A DNA stretch of 64,000 nt from the human T2T-CHM13v2.0 reference genome, Homo sapiens, in assembly GCF_009914755.1 (NCBI RefSeq), contig NC_060933.1; one strand, 5' to 3'. Position 1 is the stretch's first letter. Every line of letters starts with the position of its first letter. Positions 25,832-41,515 of the stretch are shown one piece after another. The notes beneath the pieces were generated by a model that was not told the DNA's origin, did no database searches, and saw only the letters and a list, made by a program, of their open reading frames with translations. The translations under genes and the position numbers were made by a program.

Positions 25832-26471
25832 TCAGTTTTTAAAAAACATGTTTGTCACTGTTTTATGGTATCTGATTGCAAAATTACAATAATGATGGCT
25901 AGTATTTATTAGTTGATGAAACACAACCATAATTTGTAAGGTATAGTAATTCCCATCAACTTTAGAAACTGAATTAGCAATCAAAACTATATATATCCAT
26001 TCTTTTAATTATTTTTAAAAGCCTATAATAAGGATGTTAAAGGTAAAGCTAAGTTTTCAATAATAACCCTAAAATAACTGCATTATGCATATCCTTTGGA
26101 AAGAAAGAGAGCAATGAGGGATGGATTTAAAATATTCTATCTACCAAGTTATTTTATGCAAATAGTTTTTAAAATAACATCATATAAATTAACAAAGATC
26201 AGGGCAAGTTCCTTAATCAAAGTAAAATATTAAATATAATTTTAAAGAGAAAATTTAATAGTTCCTATGAGTTTTTTGCCTATTTTGACCTTAAAAATTA
26301 ATAAACAGTTATCACATTCAAGATCTTACCTATACATATCTACTTAAGACACTGTAAATTTTGCTTCTTCTGATACTGAGTAATGTTGCATTTTCTTTTA
26401 TAAATGAGACATAAGGATGATAGCAACCACACATGCACACTCCAGAGATTGTTCTAACTTCCCTCCACCCC

Positions 26472-26752
26472 TTCTTTTGAAACAGGGTCTTGCTCTGTTT
26501 CCCAGCCTGTATCACAATCTCAGCTCACTGCAACCACCTCTCGAAGTCAAGCAATTATCCCACCTCAGCCTCCTAAGAAGCTGGGACCACAGGCGAGAGC
26601 CACCACACCTGGCTTATTGTTTTTTGCATGTTTAGTAGAGATGAGGTTTCGCCATGTTGCCCAGGCTGGTCTTGAACTCCTGAGCTCGAGCGATCTGCCA
26701 CCCTCTGCATCCCAAAGTGTTAGGATTACAGGTGTGAGCTGCATGCCTGGCC
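26472..26752 (-). mobile_element. AluJ-type SINE
   Basis: Reverse Alu with AluJ-like 'acagggtcttgctctg' and 'tcctgagctcgagcgat'; diverged. Confidence 0.93.
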
Positions 26753-26799
26753 TAACTTTTTCAGGTGTATTAACACTATGCCATCTAAATTTTGCATCT

Positions 26800-26915
26800 A
26801 ACAAAACTCATTTTCAGAAAACAGGTTGATTGGAGGTCATGGAACGGTTAAATATTAGAGCTGAGACTTGTATCCAGGCAGTCTGGCTCCTGAGTCTCTG
26901 TGCTTAACCAATATT
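26800..26915 (-). mobile_element. MIR fragment
   Basis: 'agagctgagacttgtatccaggcagtctggctcctgagtctctgtgcttaacca' is the reverse of the MIR 5' end. Confidence 0.75.
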
Positions 26916-28201
26916 CAGTGTTATACAAATCGTTTTCTTAACTCTGTATGCCTTTTCTTTCCTAAGTTCAGAGGCTTCCGAAAAATTTAGCTGAAAGTGA
27001 GAAATTCCTATTCAGTGAATGGAGACTATAGAGTAGAGCCGGTGCCAAAGGATAATTGTGGGACCGTCTCAGAGAACTAAGTTTCAATTTTTAAAGTGGG
27101 TCTTTTAATTTATATTTCTATTTGAGTCATTTTGTATTTTATTTATTTTCATATGACCAATCATCTTGTGTTCCACATATCTAATGATATAATCAAAAAT
27201 TATATAGAAAAGAGTTAAATAAATTTATGATTTTTTCTAACTAAATTATTTACAAGTCTGTTCTATTACCATAATTTACTATATTTGCTAATTTTCCCTT
27301 TTGTAAAATTATTTTTATCTATTCACATTTTCTTATTTCCTACCTTCATCTATAAACAGGAGAAAAAAATTATGTAAAGCCAGTGCCTCTCTTTTATAAT
27401 AAGGGGTCAACTATTTGGAACCTCCATAAGATTTCCCCCTTTTTTAGTGAAGGACAATATGTTTTTCAGGTACTTACTCCCGACCTTTGGTTTATATGTA
27501 ATGATATTGTGGCAGGAAAAAAATATAGTGGCCTTTATATATACCACAGGCTTTATGTACATTTTAAATATTTAAAATTGTAAAATGTTAAAAATGTAAG
27601 TAAAAGGAAAACAAGATGACAACCATATCATTATGAGACTATTATTTTTAGCATTCTAAACTTACAGATGATAAGCCAATTATACTATTTCTTTTTATGG
27701 AACGATATGTAAAGTAAATAAAAGTAACAAGTATATACACATCTTGTTTTTCATGTATCAATATTATAGCACAAAAGATGATTTGACACAGCACCGTAAG
27801 TTTTAACCTCATTTTTACAGATGAAGCAACTAAATGCAGTTTGTGTGAAGTGTTCATTTTTATATGGCTAATGAGTGATTGAGGTCCTTCTATTTCCTGG
27901 AATCCTCTTATCTTATCATAACTTAAAGAATAATACTAATTTTAAAACATATTACATGTAATGTATTTTTAAAGATATCTGTAGGAATATATGTGTCTTA
28001 TTTAAATTTAGGAAATTTTTGTTCTTTAAATTACAATGTGTGTGTTTTCCTAAGCCCCCCTCTCATATTCTAAGAAAAAAAAAATTACCACATTAATGTT
28101 TTAAACAATTTAAAATAAGAAATTTTAAAAAAAAGCCTGCTATGTTCAGAAAAGGAAAGCATCAAGACTTCTCACAGGAAGTCTTCTAGAGAGGGTAGTA
28201 A

Positions 28202-28523
<322 letters not shown>

Positions 28524-29984
28524 GAAGAGTCATCTTTACGAGTACTTTTCACTATCCCTAGGATTAATCAGACTACTTAGCAGAGTTTCATCTAAGCTAT
28601 TAAAACATGAATATAATGTGGATATACAATATGAATATGAATGTGATAATGGGGAAAGGATATATTAATGCTAGTGTGTTCTCCCCAAAAAATCTCCTAC
28701 TGCATCAGGCCTCACTTTCTCAGACACACACATGCAAGCACACCCGGGCATCCACACTCAGAGCAAATGAGGTTACACTTTTCCTTGCTTAGCCTTTATG
28801 CTCCTATCCTGAGCTCTAAGGCTTTTGCTTCTGTTTCTCAGACTTCTGTTCCTTATACAGAAATAGACAAACATACACCACACTGGAGAAGTGGGAAGAA
28901 ATCTGAATGGGTATGAAGAGACTCAGACCAGATATTTCTGGAAATACAGATTGGAAATATAAGATTTGAGGCAGTTATAGTTTCTTGAGCAACTACAAGA
29001 TGTGGAAAAGTTGGAAAGAAAAGAAAAACACGGTGTGTTATAGAAGTGTCACTGAACCAGGAACTCAATATTTTTTTTGAAGGGTTCATTACTGAAGACT
29101 GGATTACATTTCTATTACTTTTTTGTTTTTAAATCTTTTGTCTATTTGGGTAATCAAAAGCTTTCACACCACACCTTAAAGAGCCTGGAATGTGGGGGGA
29201 TTTTACACACATATACACCATTACACACTGGGACATATATAGTTTTCAAGCAAGCAAATATAGGTTACAAAGTTACATAGTTTATAAATTAATTTGAAAA
29301 TATGATTATCCTGAAAAGATATCAGCATAATTTTAACATAGATTGGATATATGTCTTCATTTATATTAAATGCCATTGTTTTCTAATTATCACATTTTCT
29401 AAATAATATTTTACTTAAATGTGTTTTTTCTTAATGATAACACAAATACATTACTTAAATTGAAGTTTTAGTTAAATGATATTTTTAAAAATCCTTAGTG
29501 ACAATTATGATACTGCTTCTGAAAATAAAATGTCTACATATTAATATTAATAAATGTAATCAAATAAATAAAATATTTTAAATTTAATTTCTTTCATATA
29601 AATATAAACACTTTTTTCATTTTTACTCTAGTAGAAATGCAAAAATTATTATTGAAAGCAAAATTCTTTTAGAGGAGTTAAATCAGTGCTTCTTAGATAT
29701 TTTTATTTCCAAAGGCTCCACCCTCAATCTCTGCTTAGTAAGTCCTATGCACACTCATGATACAAAAAAATTTAGATTAGACTCATCCAGACAAAAGAGA
29801 TACCAGTTACATTTTCCATTCTTTCTTGCATTTCCATGTTACCAATAACAGGTGTCAGATAGATAAGATCAAAAGCAATACAGGCCTGTCATACATTTGT
29901 TTAAAATACAACCTGTGTGTCTTTTAGTGTTGTGGGAAGGAGGTACCAATTTTAGTGGATTTAACCAAACATATGTTGTGAGAG

Positions 29985-30414
29985 TGTATTAGTCAGTTCT
30001 CACAATGCTCTAAAGAAATACCTGAGACTGGGTAATTTATAAAGAAAGGAGATTTAATTGGCTCACAGTTATGAATGCTGTATAGGAAGCATGAGGCTGG
30101 CATCTGCTCAGCTTCTAGGGAGGCCTCAGAAAAATTACAATCACGGTGGAAAGTAAAGGGGAAACAGGCACATCTTACATGGCTGGAGCAGGAGCAAGAA
30201 TGAGTGAGGGAGGTGCTACATACTTTTAAACAACCAGATCTCATGATAACTCACTCACGTACTATCATGAGAACCACATAGAAGAAATGATGCCAACCCA
30301 TTTATGAGAACTCTGTCCCCCTGATTCAATGACCTCCCACTAGACCCAACCTCCAACACTGGGGATTACAATTCTACAAGAGATTTGGTGGGAATATAGA
30401 TCCAGACAATATCA
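29985..30414 (-). mobile_element. MST (ERVL-MaLR, MSTA-like) LTR; 3' LTR of a truncated element
   Basis: tgtattagtc...gagactgggtaatttataaagaaa...ctccaacactggggattacaatt...atatca is the reverse complement of the MST/THE1-type LTR. Confidence 0.92.
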
Positions 30415-31700
30415 TTCTGCCTCTGGCCCCTCCAAATTCATCTTTTCACATTGGAAAATACAATCATGCCTTCTCAACAATTCCCCAAATTCTTAATTCA
30501 TTGCAGCATTAAGTCAAAACTCCAAGGTTGAAAGTATCATCTGAGAAAAGGCAAGTCCCTTCCACCTATGAGCATGTAAAATCAAAAACAAGTTAGTTAC
30601 TTCCAAGATAAAATGGGGTTATAGGCATTGGGTAAATACTCCTGTTTCAAAAGGGAAAATTGGCCAAAAGAAAGAGACTACAGACCCCTCACAAGTCTGA
30701 AACTCAGCAGGGCAGTCATTAAATCTCAACGCTCCAAAATAATCTCACTCGAATCCATGTCTCCCATCCAGGGCACGTGGGTGCAAGCGATTGGCTCCGG
30801 CAGCTCCGCCCCTGTGGCTTTGCAAAGTTCAACCCCTGTAACTGCTCTTGTGGGCTTGTGTTGAGTGCTTGCAGCTTTTGCAGATTCAGGGTGCAAGCTG
30901 CTGGTAGCTCTACCATTCTGGGGTCTGGAGAATGGTGGCCCTCTTCTCAGGACTCCACTAGGCAATACCCCAGTGGGGACTCTGCGTGAGGCCTCCAACC
31001 CTAGATTTTCCCTCTGCACTGCCTTAATAGAGGTTTTCTGAGAGGGCTTCACCCCTACAGCAGGTTTCTGCCTGGGCATCCATGCCTTTCCATACATCTG
31101 AAATCTAGGTGGAGGCTCCCAAGCCACATCTCTTGCACTCTGTGCCCCGACAGGCTTAACACCATATGGAAGCTGCCGAGGCTTATGGCTTGCAGCCTCT
31201 GAAACAGTGATCCAACTGCACCTGGGCACATTTTAGGACTGGCTAGAGCTGGAGTGGCTGGGACACAGGAAACAGTGTCTGGAGGCTGCACAGAGTGGTG
31301 GGAAAACCATTCTTTCCTTCTAGACTTCTGGGTCTGTGATGGGTGAGCTGTCATGAATATCTCTGAAATGCCTTTGAGGCATTTTCCCCATTGTCTTAGA
31401 TATTAGCACTAGGCTCCTTTTTATTTATGCAGCTAGCTTGAATTCCTTCACTAAAAATAGGTGTTTCTTTCCTACCACATGCCCAGGCTACAAAGTTTCC
31501 AAACTTGAACATGCTACTTCCCTTTTATTTAGATTTAAATGATTTATTTGCTCACACATTTGAGCATAAGTTGTTAGAAGCAGCCAGGTAACAGTTTGAA
31601 TGTTTTGCTGCTTACACATTTCTTCTGCCAGATACTCTAAATTGTCACTCTCAAGTTCAAATTTCCACAAATCCCTAGAGAGGAAGCACAATGCAGTACC
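30415..31700 (-). mobile_element. MST internal (MaLR-int) sequence, truncated; no second LTR seen
   Basis: Directly abuts the LTR ('ttctgcctctggcccctccaaatt') and carries typical MaLR-int motifs ('gctggtagctctaccattctggggtctggag'). Confidence 0.88.
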
Positions 31701-33924
31701 AGAAATAAGCAGCATTGGTGCATGTTAAAACAAAGGAAACAGGGTTTCTCCTTTTTGTAGAAAGTGCTAGTTAATAAGTAAGAAAAGCAATGAAAATTTG
31801 TGGGTCCAGATATCAACGTGCTTCTGAATAGTTGAATTCATACTGCAGAAAATTACAGTTGGTTGAATGCATTTCTCAAAATTATTTGAAGAATGAAACA
31901 TGTTCCCTTATAATGTTAATTAAAATGCAACAGGTGTGTGTGTGTGTATCCATTCATCATTATGTTACATATGCAAAGAAAAAGACAGTATGTACTGTAA
32001 TATCTAGGGCTATATTAAACTTTTTGTGTCTGTATTTTCTAAAAGAGAATGATTTAATTATCAGAATTATATTTTAAATAGATGCAAGTTTAAATTTTAT
32101 TTGTAATACATTCTGAGAGTTGGTAAGTGTTTTTATTCTAAAATATTCACATTGTTCCCAGTAGAATCGATATAGAATTTATGAGAGTTTAAATTTACTA
32201 TATGCAAATGTTTGCAATAAGCCTACTTGCATAATACTTTCTCTATTTTTCACCATGCCTTCAACCCTACTGTATGTATTACATAGCAAAAGATGGAAAA
32301 ATGAGTGTTTCACCTTGTTTGAAAAGTTTCACAAAATTAAATTTGGAAGAAAGTCTTTGTATATTTTTTAAGTATCTTCAGATCTTCCTTCTATAATAAA
32401 AATTATAAAGATTAGTTTAACTTTGTACATTATGTCTCTTTTCACAAAAAGTGTTTTCAGTCTTAAAAGGAACAAAATGATAACTAAGTATTTCCAGAAA
32501 TAAAATAGTTCAAGAAGTTCAAACATGTGGACTTTGAATGTTTTTCATATGCATATTATTTTTCTAAATTTACTTAAATTAATCAGAATTGTGCTACTGG
32601 AATAACCTTCAAAATTTATAAGGTAATTTGTTTCAAATTGAGTGGCCCACTGAAATTTCAGGTTTTAACAATCCAAATTGAGAAGAGAATTTTAAAGTAT
32701 AAGAGGAATCACTTAATACTGAGTACATAAATGATGGAACACATTTAAATGTGTGTTTTTTTTAAATCATGTTATTGCTTAGTGTTCTTAAATCTTGTTA
32801 TGGAGGTTGCAACCTATTGATTGTGTCTTACGAGATTTTATTAGGATATATGAAGAACCATCATATAACTTCTATGAATCACTCTATATTTCTTGAACTA
32901 AAGCTAATGATTTTCAAGCACAGAATGAGAACCAATCAACTCATAGCAAAATACTGTTTACATAATGGATACATTATTTTCTTATATCAATGTGATGACA
33001 GCTTGATTTCTAGCTTGTTTTTGATAAACTACAGTGAGTAGAATTCTAACTATAAAAATATGTTCCTATGACATATTTTCTAAACAAAAACAAGGTAAAT
33101 GACAATAACAAATTTCATTTGTTTTAATTTTAAGTATTATAAGTCATTAAAAGGTAAGATGCTATAGATCAGTATTTTAAGAATGCAGTAATTAACTTGA
33201 ATAGTCATAACTTTCTGAAACACAAAAAGAGATAAACATGGGTTAGGGGCTTGTTTGTCCTTGTAGTTAATCTGCATTGTATTACTTTATTTCATTTTTC
33301 CAGTTGAAATAGAAATCTCTTAAGGAAGATGATGCTTTAGCAAAGGAATTTTGTGGGTTATTTTTTCCCCTTTTGAAGTTTTCAGTGGACGTAGCTTTTT
33401 GAGATAATTATTTTCCCTGGTAGCGGATTCCCAAGATAAGGAACTGACTTTTCCTATTACAAGTACTAATTTCCTAAGTGGTTTTAGTGGTTTGAACATT
33501 TGTCCAGGACTAACAAGAAAGAAACCACCAGCATGTATCATATAGACCACCAAAGAGCCATCAGACTCAAGTGGCTTTCAGTCACCATCAACCTCAGGTC
33601 TCTGAAAAATACAGTTTCACAATTTTTGCTTGTAAGTCTTTCTATCTTTCTGCCTGATATTACGTCCCCATATTTTAAGGTCTACATATAAAGATCTTAC
33701 AATAAAATGTCAAAATAGTGAACCAAATATTTTAAGATTGAATAGTATCATCAGAGCTCTGTTCCACGACCTGCCTATTATCTGGCAAGTCTGAGTTTCT
33801 TGCTCCCATTTTGCAGGTGAATCAGCAGAAGATAATTCACTTTTCTGCATGGAATTGTAAGTAGCAACTTTAGTAAGAATTACTTTCCTTAAAAACAATT
33901 ATGGAAGGCAATGAAATATAATGT

Positions 33925-34200
33925 TTATATGTGTGAACTAAAGGAGCCAAACTGCCTAGGTTCAAATCCTTGTTCCACTTGCCAGATGTTTAACTCTTGG
34001 TAAATAATTTGGTCTTTATGAGAGTGTATTTCCTTAACTTTCCTTCCAGGTAACTTTTCTTCTCCATATAATGGGCATAATAAATGTTCCTGTTTCCTTC
34101 TCTATAAAAATGAGAATAAAAATAATATCTAATTCACAGGATTGTTGCTAGGAATATGACATATAAAGAAATGATGACTGGTAGGCAGCATATGAGAACT
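33925..34200 (+). mobile_element. MIR SINE (interrupted)
   Basis: 'ggagccaaactgcctaggttcaaatcct...ataaaaatgagaataaaaataatatctaattcacaggattgttg'. Confidence 0.75.
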
Positions 34201-36489
34201 AATTCTTGCTATGGTAAAGAATACGGATGAACTATATTGCTCAGTTTCCCTTGCCAGACATTTCCTCTTTCATTGCTCCTCTTCTTTAAGTGTTCAAAGT
34301 AGGTAACATTTGGAGGGTCTGTCAAAACCACACCTCTGCCTTAAAACTACTCCTCACCAGCACTTCCCAATATAGGGACTCTATTGAAGAAAATACTCCT
34401 CACCAGCATTTCCTGCTAATGAACTCTATTGGCACCACCTACAACATGATCACAGCTGATTATCTAGGAGGGGAAAGCTGATCTACGGGAAAACAGAACG
34501 TCTTATTTGCTACATTTTGTGTTCTGAGGATTTGATTAAAGAGATCCAAAAAACATAGTCTAAAGGGCATGTGTTGTGGAACTCGGAAGTTTTGTGGATT
34601 TGGAGCAGGCAAACCTATTCAGCCATGTATTCACAGAAAAAAATTAACTGAAACAGGGAAGAAGAAGAAAGCACCTGGGAGATGGGGAGAGAAGAGAGTC
34701 CATGCAGTTATTGAGAGTGATGTCTCAGCCCCTGACTCTCTTTCTTTACCTCATTTAACCTTGTAAAAAGGCTGGCAAAAATCTGTCTTCTCAACGTGAA
34801 TTTAAAGAAAGCTGTGCTCACCTAATAAATTTGAACTTGGATGAGTGATTTCTGTATCTTCCAACTAAATGATCTCTACCTCAAACAGGTGTTTTTACAT
34901 TGCAGAACCGTAAGCATATCATTCTGTGAAAAATGCATTATGGGACAAGTACAAGCAAACTGTGGAGGATGAGAGGAGTGAGTTGATTCCAGGCCATGCC
35001 ACGCATTTCTGTGCTGAAAATGAACTTTTGAAGAACTTGTTTCTCTCATATTCACAATAGATATTTGGAAAGAAGCCAATAAACAGCGATTGTGAAGCAG
35101 AAAGAAAAAAAGTTTGCAGAAAATCTATACAAGTGTTTAGAAGGGACAATTTAAAACAGGTAGGCTTCTACAACAGCATGTTTAAGTAGTTGACAAGGTC
35201 GTTTCAGTTTACTCAGAGACTTGGAAGAGAAGGAGCCAAGGAAGAAGACAAAATGATAAGGATGACGATGATACCTGTATTTTAGTGAAAGCAGTAACAT
35301 CATAGGAAGCCTGCAAAGCAAAATATAAAAAACTCAAAGGATTATTTGTAATAGATTTGAGGCAGAATACTAATTCTGCCTTAGACAAATGAATTTATCT
35401 CCCAACTTTCAGCCTTTTCACCCTAATAACAATGTTTATCATGTAGGATTGTTATGAAGATTAAAAATAAGGACTTTGTCCTCAAGAAGACCTGGGTTCC
35501 CATCCTGATTCATAATAAAGGCTCAACATTATTTTTTTCTTATAATGATTTTTATAATTGCTTCCAAATCACTGGGGTTTTTAATGAAAAGAGAAATGGA
35601 TATCTAGCTTCAATCAACAAGCTTCAAAAAACAAACATAGGGATTTTAGCCCAGAGTTTTACTACAATTATTCCTTATTTATTATTAAATTGTTTGAAAT
35701 TATTATTCATTATTAAACTGTTTATAGTTTATCCACATAGTGGCTTGCATTTCTGAATAACACATCAGATATCGAGAGACATCAGACCTCTGTAATCTTT
35801 ATTTGCTCACTTTTGTAATGGCCTATCTCTCAATCCTACATTGCATTTAAAACATAACTCCTTTTTTGCTCATAATATGAACACTTGCGGTATTTATTCC
35901 TTCAATTATAATAGGGACTCGTAATTTCTCAAATGAAATCTTAAATCCTTAGTGAATTCTTAAGTTAATTTATAAGGAATTTTATAACTTTCATGCTCTA
36001 TAATGACTAGCATCTTGTGTGAGTCACTTAACCTCTCTAATATCAGTTTCTTCACCTGTAAGGTACGGTTAATAAAAACTAACCCTTATTATGTCACCAA
36101 GTTTTTGTGACAACTATATCTCACTGGTAGAATCCTGGGAAATGTCTACAAACTCTACAAGGCCAGCTACCATCACAAAACAAACAACCACAGCTCAAAG
36201 TGGTAAGTTTTATCAAAAAGTCTATATATAATCAATCCTGTTTTTATATTTTATATATTTTTCACCATTTCTCTAAATTCAGCCCTCTCTATTCACCATA
36301 AACCCATGTCCCAAAAGAGGAAGTAGAGAAGAGCATCACTGTGCACATTAAGGAAAGTTAAATCACAAATGAAAACTTCACCACCAATGTGAGAGAATCT
36401 GCCTTTTCAGTGACTCATGACCAGTCAATTATATTTGGAGTCCTTCTTTGAGAATAAGATACTACATTTTCCTTGGCACTGACAGTAGG

Positions 36490-36965
36490 GTTGCAGTATA
36501 TGCTTCTAATTGCCTACCCAATATTCATCCTCATATTCTTTCATATTAATCTGAGGGTATTGGGGGTGGGGAAATAAGCCTAGATAAAATTGGTCATCTT
36601 CCAAACACCCTTATTGATTGTTGCCCACGGCAAACAACTCTGGCCAATTAAATGCAAGAGTCACCTAGTGGGGCTTTCTGGAAATTTTTGACCAAAGAAC
36701 ATATTCAGTTTTTATGCTCTCTTTGGCCTTTTCAACTTCTGGCTTCTAGTCAGGAACCCTGACACTATGCCTATGAGATTGAAAGGATGATAGGTAAAAG
36801 ATAAATGACATCCAGGTGCCTGCTATCATCACTGAGGCAACCCTAGACTGCCAGACTCCTAACTTCTTGTTCCATGTAGAAACTAAGTCTTTATCATTGT
36901 AGGGCACAGTTGGTTGAACTTTCTTTCTTATGCCCATAGCCAAAAGTGTTCATCACTTTAACTGA
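36490..36965 (+). mobile_element. Ancient MaLR LTR (MLT1I/J-like)
   Basis: 'ttgcctacccaatattcat...ctctggccaattaaatgcaag...ggggctttctggaaa'; heavily diverged. Confidence 0.55.
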
Positions 36966-37823
36966 AATCATTTTCAAAATTCTAATATCAAGATATAAGT
37001 GATTGTTATTAAATTTATTTTATAATATGAATATGAAAAAGATGAAGAAAATGCAAAATATTTTAAGATGAATGGAATTTAAAATGTTAATTTGCAGATA
37101 TATTAAACATGCATGCAAAGGAACAAGAGAAAATAGAGAACATAGTAGAATCAGTGAGTCAGGTTTAAAATGAATATAGTTGATCAGGCTTCAGTTTGAA
37201 CCCTCCTTTAAAGCCTCCTCAATAGAAGGCACCAGTAAAAGTAGAAACCCTTCCTTTGTTAAGGCAATGTGCACATTTTCATTATTCATTTTATTATGTT
37301 ATACACACACACACACACATATATATACATACACATATATATTTCTTATAAATCTATGAATTACATTAAAAATCTAAGAAAGCAAAGGGAAAAATAAAGA
37401 TTGCATAAGATTGTGAGGAAGAAGTATTTCGGTTACCAATTTGATTTCACAAATGATCTGCTTACTCCATTAATTTAAGGTCACTTGTTAGATTTATGTC
37501 AGAGCAACTTCATGAATCTACATTAAGAAAACAATAGGAAGACAAAGGCACTTACAGCAATTACACTTTCGAAAGAAGATCAACTGATTTGTGTTCATTC
37601 TAAATAATATGGAAGCAATTATTATTCAGTTGCTAAACTGTATATCTTGAATCATCACTTCATAGTATTTTGAAGTTAAAAAGGAACTTTAAGAATGTAC
37701 AGTTCAACTCCTTTTTCTCCATTATGCAAAAACTGAGTACTGCAACAGTATTGGAATTACCCAAAGACCTTCTTTCAATTCAATTATTTCAGGAAAAAAA
37801 TGTCAACTTCAGGTCAACTTTTA

Positions 37824-38234
<411 letters not shown>

Positions 38235-39229
38235 TTAATATTGAAATCTAAGAATATAAAGGCATGTAGGCACATAAGTAACTAGAATCCTTCATTCACT
38301 TGGGCATTCAAAGGAGCAAATTATCTTGAACTAAGGCATAGTTAATAAAAATTCATTCTTGTTTCCTTTCAGAAGCTAATTTTTCAAATAACAATGAGCA
38401 TTAAAGACACTTTCTTTTTGCATATTAAAGGAGATTATTTAAATGCTTTATATTCATCTGTCAAATTATGATAAAAGAGATATTTTACATTGCATGTTCC
38501 CTTGGCATCCTTTGGTTCCATGAGATCAATGGAAGTTATATATATCTTACTAGTAAGAATTTACCTTTATTTTTTCTTGGATTTTCTGAAACTCAAAGGA
38601 CACTGCAGCTCCTGGACAAAGTTTCTTTTCATTAACATTGAAAACTAAAGATAAAAGGAAACAACAGACAGTTTGGTTGACAATTTAACTAATAACTTAT
38701 GGTAACAGCATGCAAAAGGTTTTTAACTCACCTGAATGGTTTTTGTTTGCTTCTTTGTTTTGGTCTATAGATTGAACGTTGGTAAAAGAGCAAGCAACCC
38801 TACAGCTCCCAATCTATTTTCTGAAGGGTTAAGAGTTGTGCTACTCTCAACACTTTCTCCTTCTTTCCCCCTCTGTATATGCCTATCTGCTTCTTTCCTT
38901 CCCCTCTGAGAGACTAATTTCTAACACAAAACACAGCTAAAGAAATGTGATTATATGGCTGAAAAAAACAATCAGCTCAAGACAAGCATCATAGTCAAGG
39001 GTAACCATAAGAATAGCAGTGCAATATTGGAGAGAGATGAGAGATGTCAAGAATGTTAGTTTCTTTCTTATATTGGGCAATAATATTATTTAGCAGAGAA
39101 AAAAAAAACTAGACAATCAGAGTAATCACTATGACTGTGATTCATATTCCGAATTCCATAATACGTTTCAAGGATCTGAAGAACTCCTTGTAATTATATG
39201 TAAGTTTCTCTATTTACACACATCTATGC

Positions 39230-39404
39230 AGTATATGACCATTTGATTGCAAACAACAGAAATACAACTCAAAATTGTTTAGAGAAAAGAGGTAGATTTG
39301 TTGACTCATAAACAAAGCAGATGAAAGAACACAGGAGAAATTTCAGCTGAAACAAACCAGGAACTTCGGTATCATTAAAATCTCTGTCCCTTGTCCTTTT
39401 CTCA

Positions 39405-39437
<33 letters not shown>

Positions 39438-39700
39438 ATACCGGTTTCATTATATCCCACTCAAACCAGGGTATCTATGACACATTGGAACATGGCTGGA
39501 TTCAGGTTTGATTCATACAGTGAAGGCTTGGCAACTAGAAAAGAGATTCTGCCACAATTTCCAATTACAAAATTCCTGTGAAAGTATGCTTGTTGGTTAA
39601 GTTTGGGTCATAAATGGTTCATGTTTTAATTATGGTGTCCAAATAAATGTAATATTATTATTTTCCCAGTTCAAATTATATACACAACAAAATTGATCAT
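39230..39700. mobile_element. Very old MLT1-type LTR fragment with an inserted poly(A) tract (about 39406-39436)
   Basis: 'ttgcaaacaacagaaatacaactcaaa...gatttgttgactcat' resembles MLT1K/L-type termini. Confidence 0.45.
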
Positions 39701-41134
39701 AATGGAAGAAGCTATGATTAGCTTAATACATTTAAAGCAAATGACTTGAAGAAGAACTTCTCAAATTAAGAGAGGGACTATTTGGTTTCTACACTAATCA
39801 TTTTTTTTTGTAAAACTGGTTAGCCTAGCACAAGCACACAGACACAACATATGCCAAAGATAGTGTGGTGATATTGCTAAAACTTTTGATTACAGAATTT
39901 ATATTCATCTTTTAACTTTGAACTACCTCACTAATTTCTTATTTAGACTGCGGTTTTTTATACTTATATTGATCCAGATATATACAATGCCTAAAAATTT
40001 TAAGCCCAGGGGATAAAATATAAAACAAGAACCAAATATAGATTCCCTTCAAAAGAATGAATAAAATGCTGGATAAATTATATCTGGGCCATCGTTAACC
40101 TATTTTTAAATGAAATTTTCAGTTTCAGAACCCATTTTTAGTTTTGGCATGTTCCTTATGTGAACATGTATTATATTTCATGTAGTCCTATGTTATCTGT
40201 AATTTTTCTAATCTTATCCTTTTTCTTAATTTCATCAAATTATAAAAATGTGTTATTTTAATGAAAACAAACAACTCCAAATACAGAAATTTACTGAGTA
40301 AAATAATTAAAGTCTTAGCCTCTATTACCTGCTCATCCCCCAGAATGAGTCACTGTTAAAAGTTTATAGAATAGCTGTTTAGATATTTTTCTTTACATAT
40401 GCACATATAATCAAACACTCTTAAATTTTTGATTATACTAAAATATCATATTAGTATTTATCTGGTACTAGCTTTATTCAGGCAATAAAAATCAAGGATT
40501 TCCTCTTTTTAAGTACTATATGCTAATTAGCTCAGATTTTTAAAATTGTACAATATTCCATCATGTTAATGAATGCTACCAAATATTGGGCATATAATAT
40601 ATGCTGGTTAATATTCTGAACACTTTAAATATAATACATAAATCCTAACAAAAAATCCATGATGTGAGAATTAATATTGTAGCTCTTTTATTGATGGGGA
40701 AAATGTGGCAAACTGAGCTTATTTTCCCAATACTTTACCTAGCCATTCTTTTAGTGCTGGATTTTCAGGAAATCTTAAATATTCTTACTATTATAAATGC
40801 TACACTGGAAAACTTTCGCTGTAAAAAGAATTGTAAGATTAATTTTTAGAATTGCCCTTCAAAATTGCTTACTGTCCACAAATGACACTGACTAATTTAA
40901 ATCTTTTAATGTTTTTGTTAGTCTGAGAGGTAAACATTTGTACTTAACTGACTCTTGAATTTATCGTTCTTGGATGAAAAAAGTATATTTTCATGGATTT
41001 TTAAATGACATAAACATGTGTTTTACATATAGATTTGCTTATATTCTTACCCATTGCAACTGGGTTATCTTTTTCTTAATGATCTATAGTTCTCTCTCTC
41101 TCTCTTTTTTTTTATTTTTTATTTATTTTTTGAG

Positions 41135-41515
41135 GGGGCATGAAAATGAAAACATGTCACTCAGATATTCTCTGTGGGGCGCCATAGTGACTACTCTTGG
41201 TCACCCCGCATTGCTTCTGTGGATCTACTGTCACATTTTCTCCCATAGAATGCTTTTCAAGAGCTACTCCTAGCCAATGGCTGAGCAGCAGGAAATACAA
41301 AGGCAGGCTCATTCCAGTGAGAATTGCCAGTTCTTTAGGTGTGACTTTGGCTGGAAGGCTTCCCAGCAGGCTGGCAGAAATTATCCTGTAACTATTTACT
41401 TGGGAGTATTAGACTCTTCCTACCTAAGCCTCTTATATTCTCTCTTCACATTGTCTCCAGCATGGGGTCTAAATACCCCACCATCAACTGTGACTCGGTG
41501 TTTGCTTTTAGATTA
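41135..41515 (+). mobile_element. LTR16-like ERVL LTR
   Basis: GC-richer island within the L1M, containing 'tagccaatggctgagcagcagg...ggcttcccagcaggctggcaga'. Confidence 0.55.

Noticed and set aside
30628-31354. ORFs of up to 167 aa
   Set aside because: They lie inside decayed MaLR internal sequence and are not host genes.
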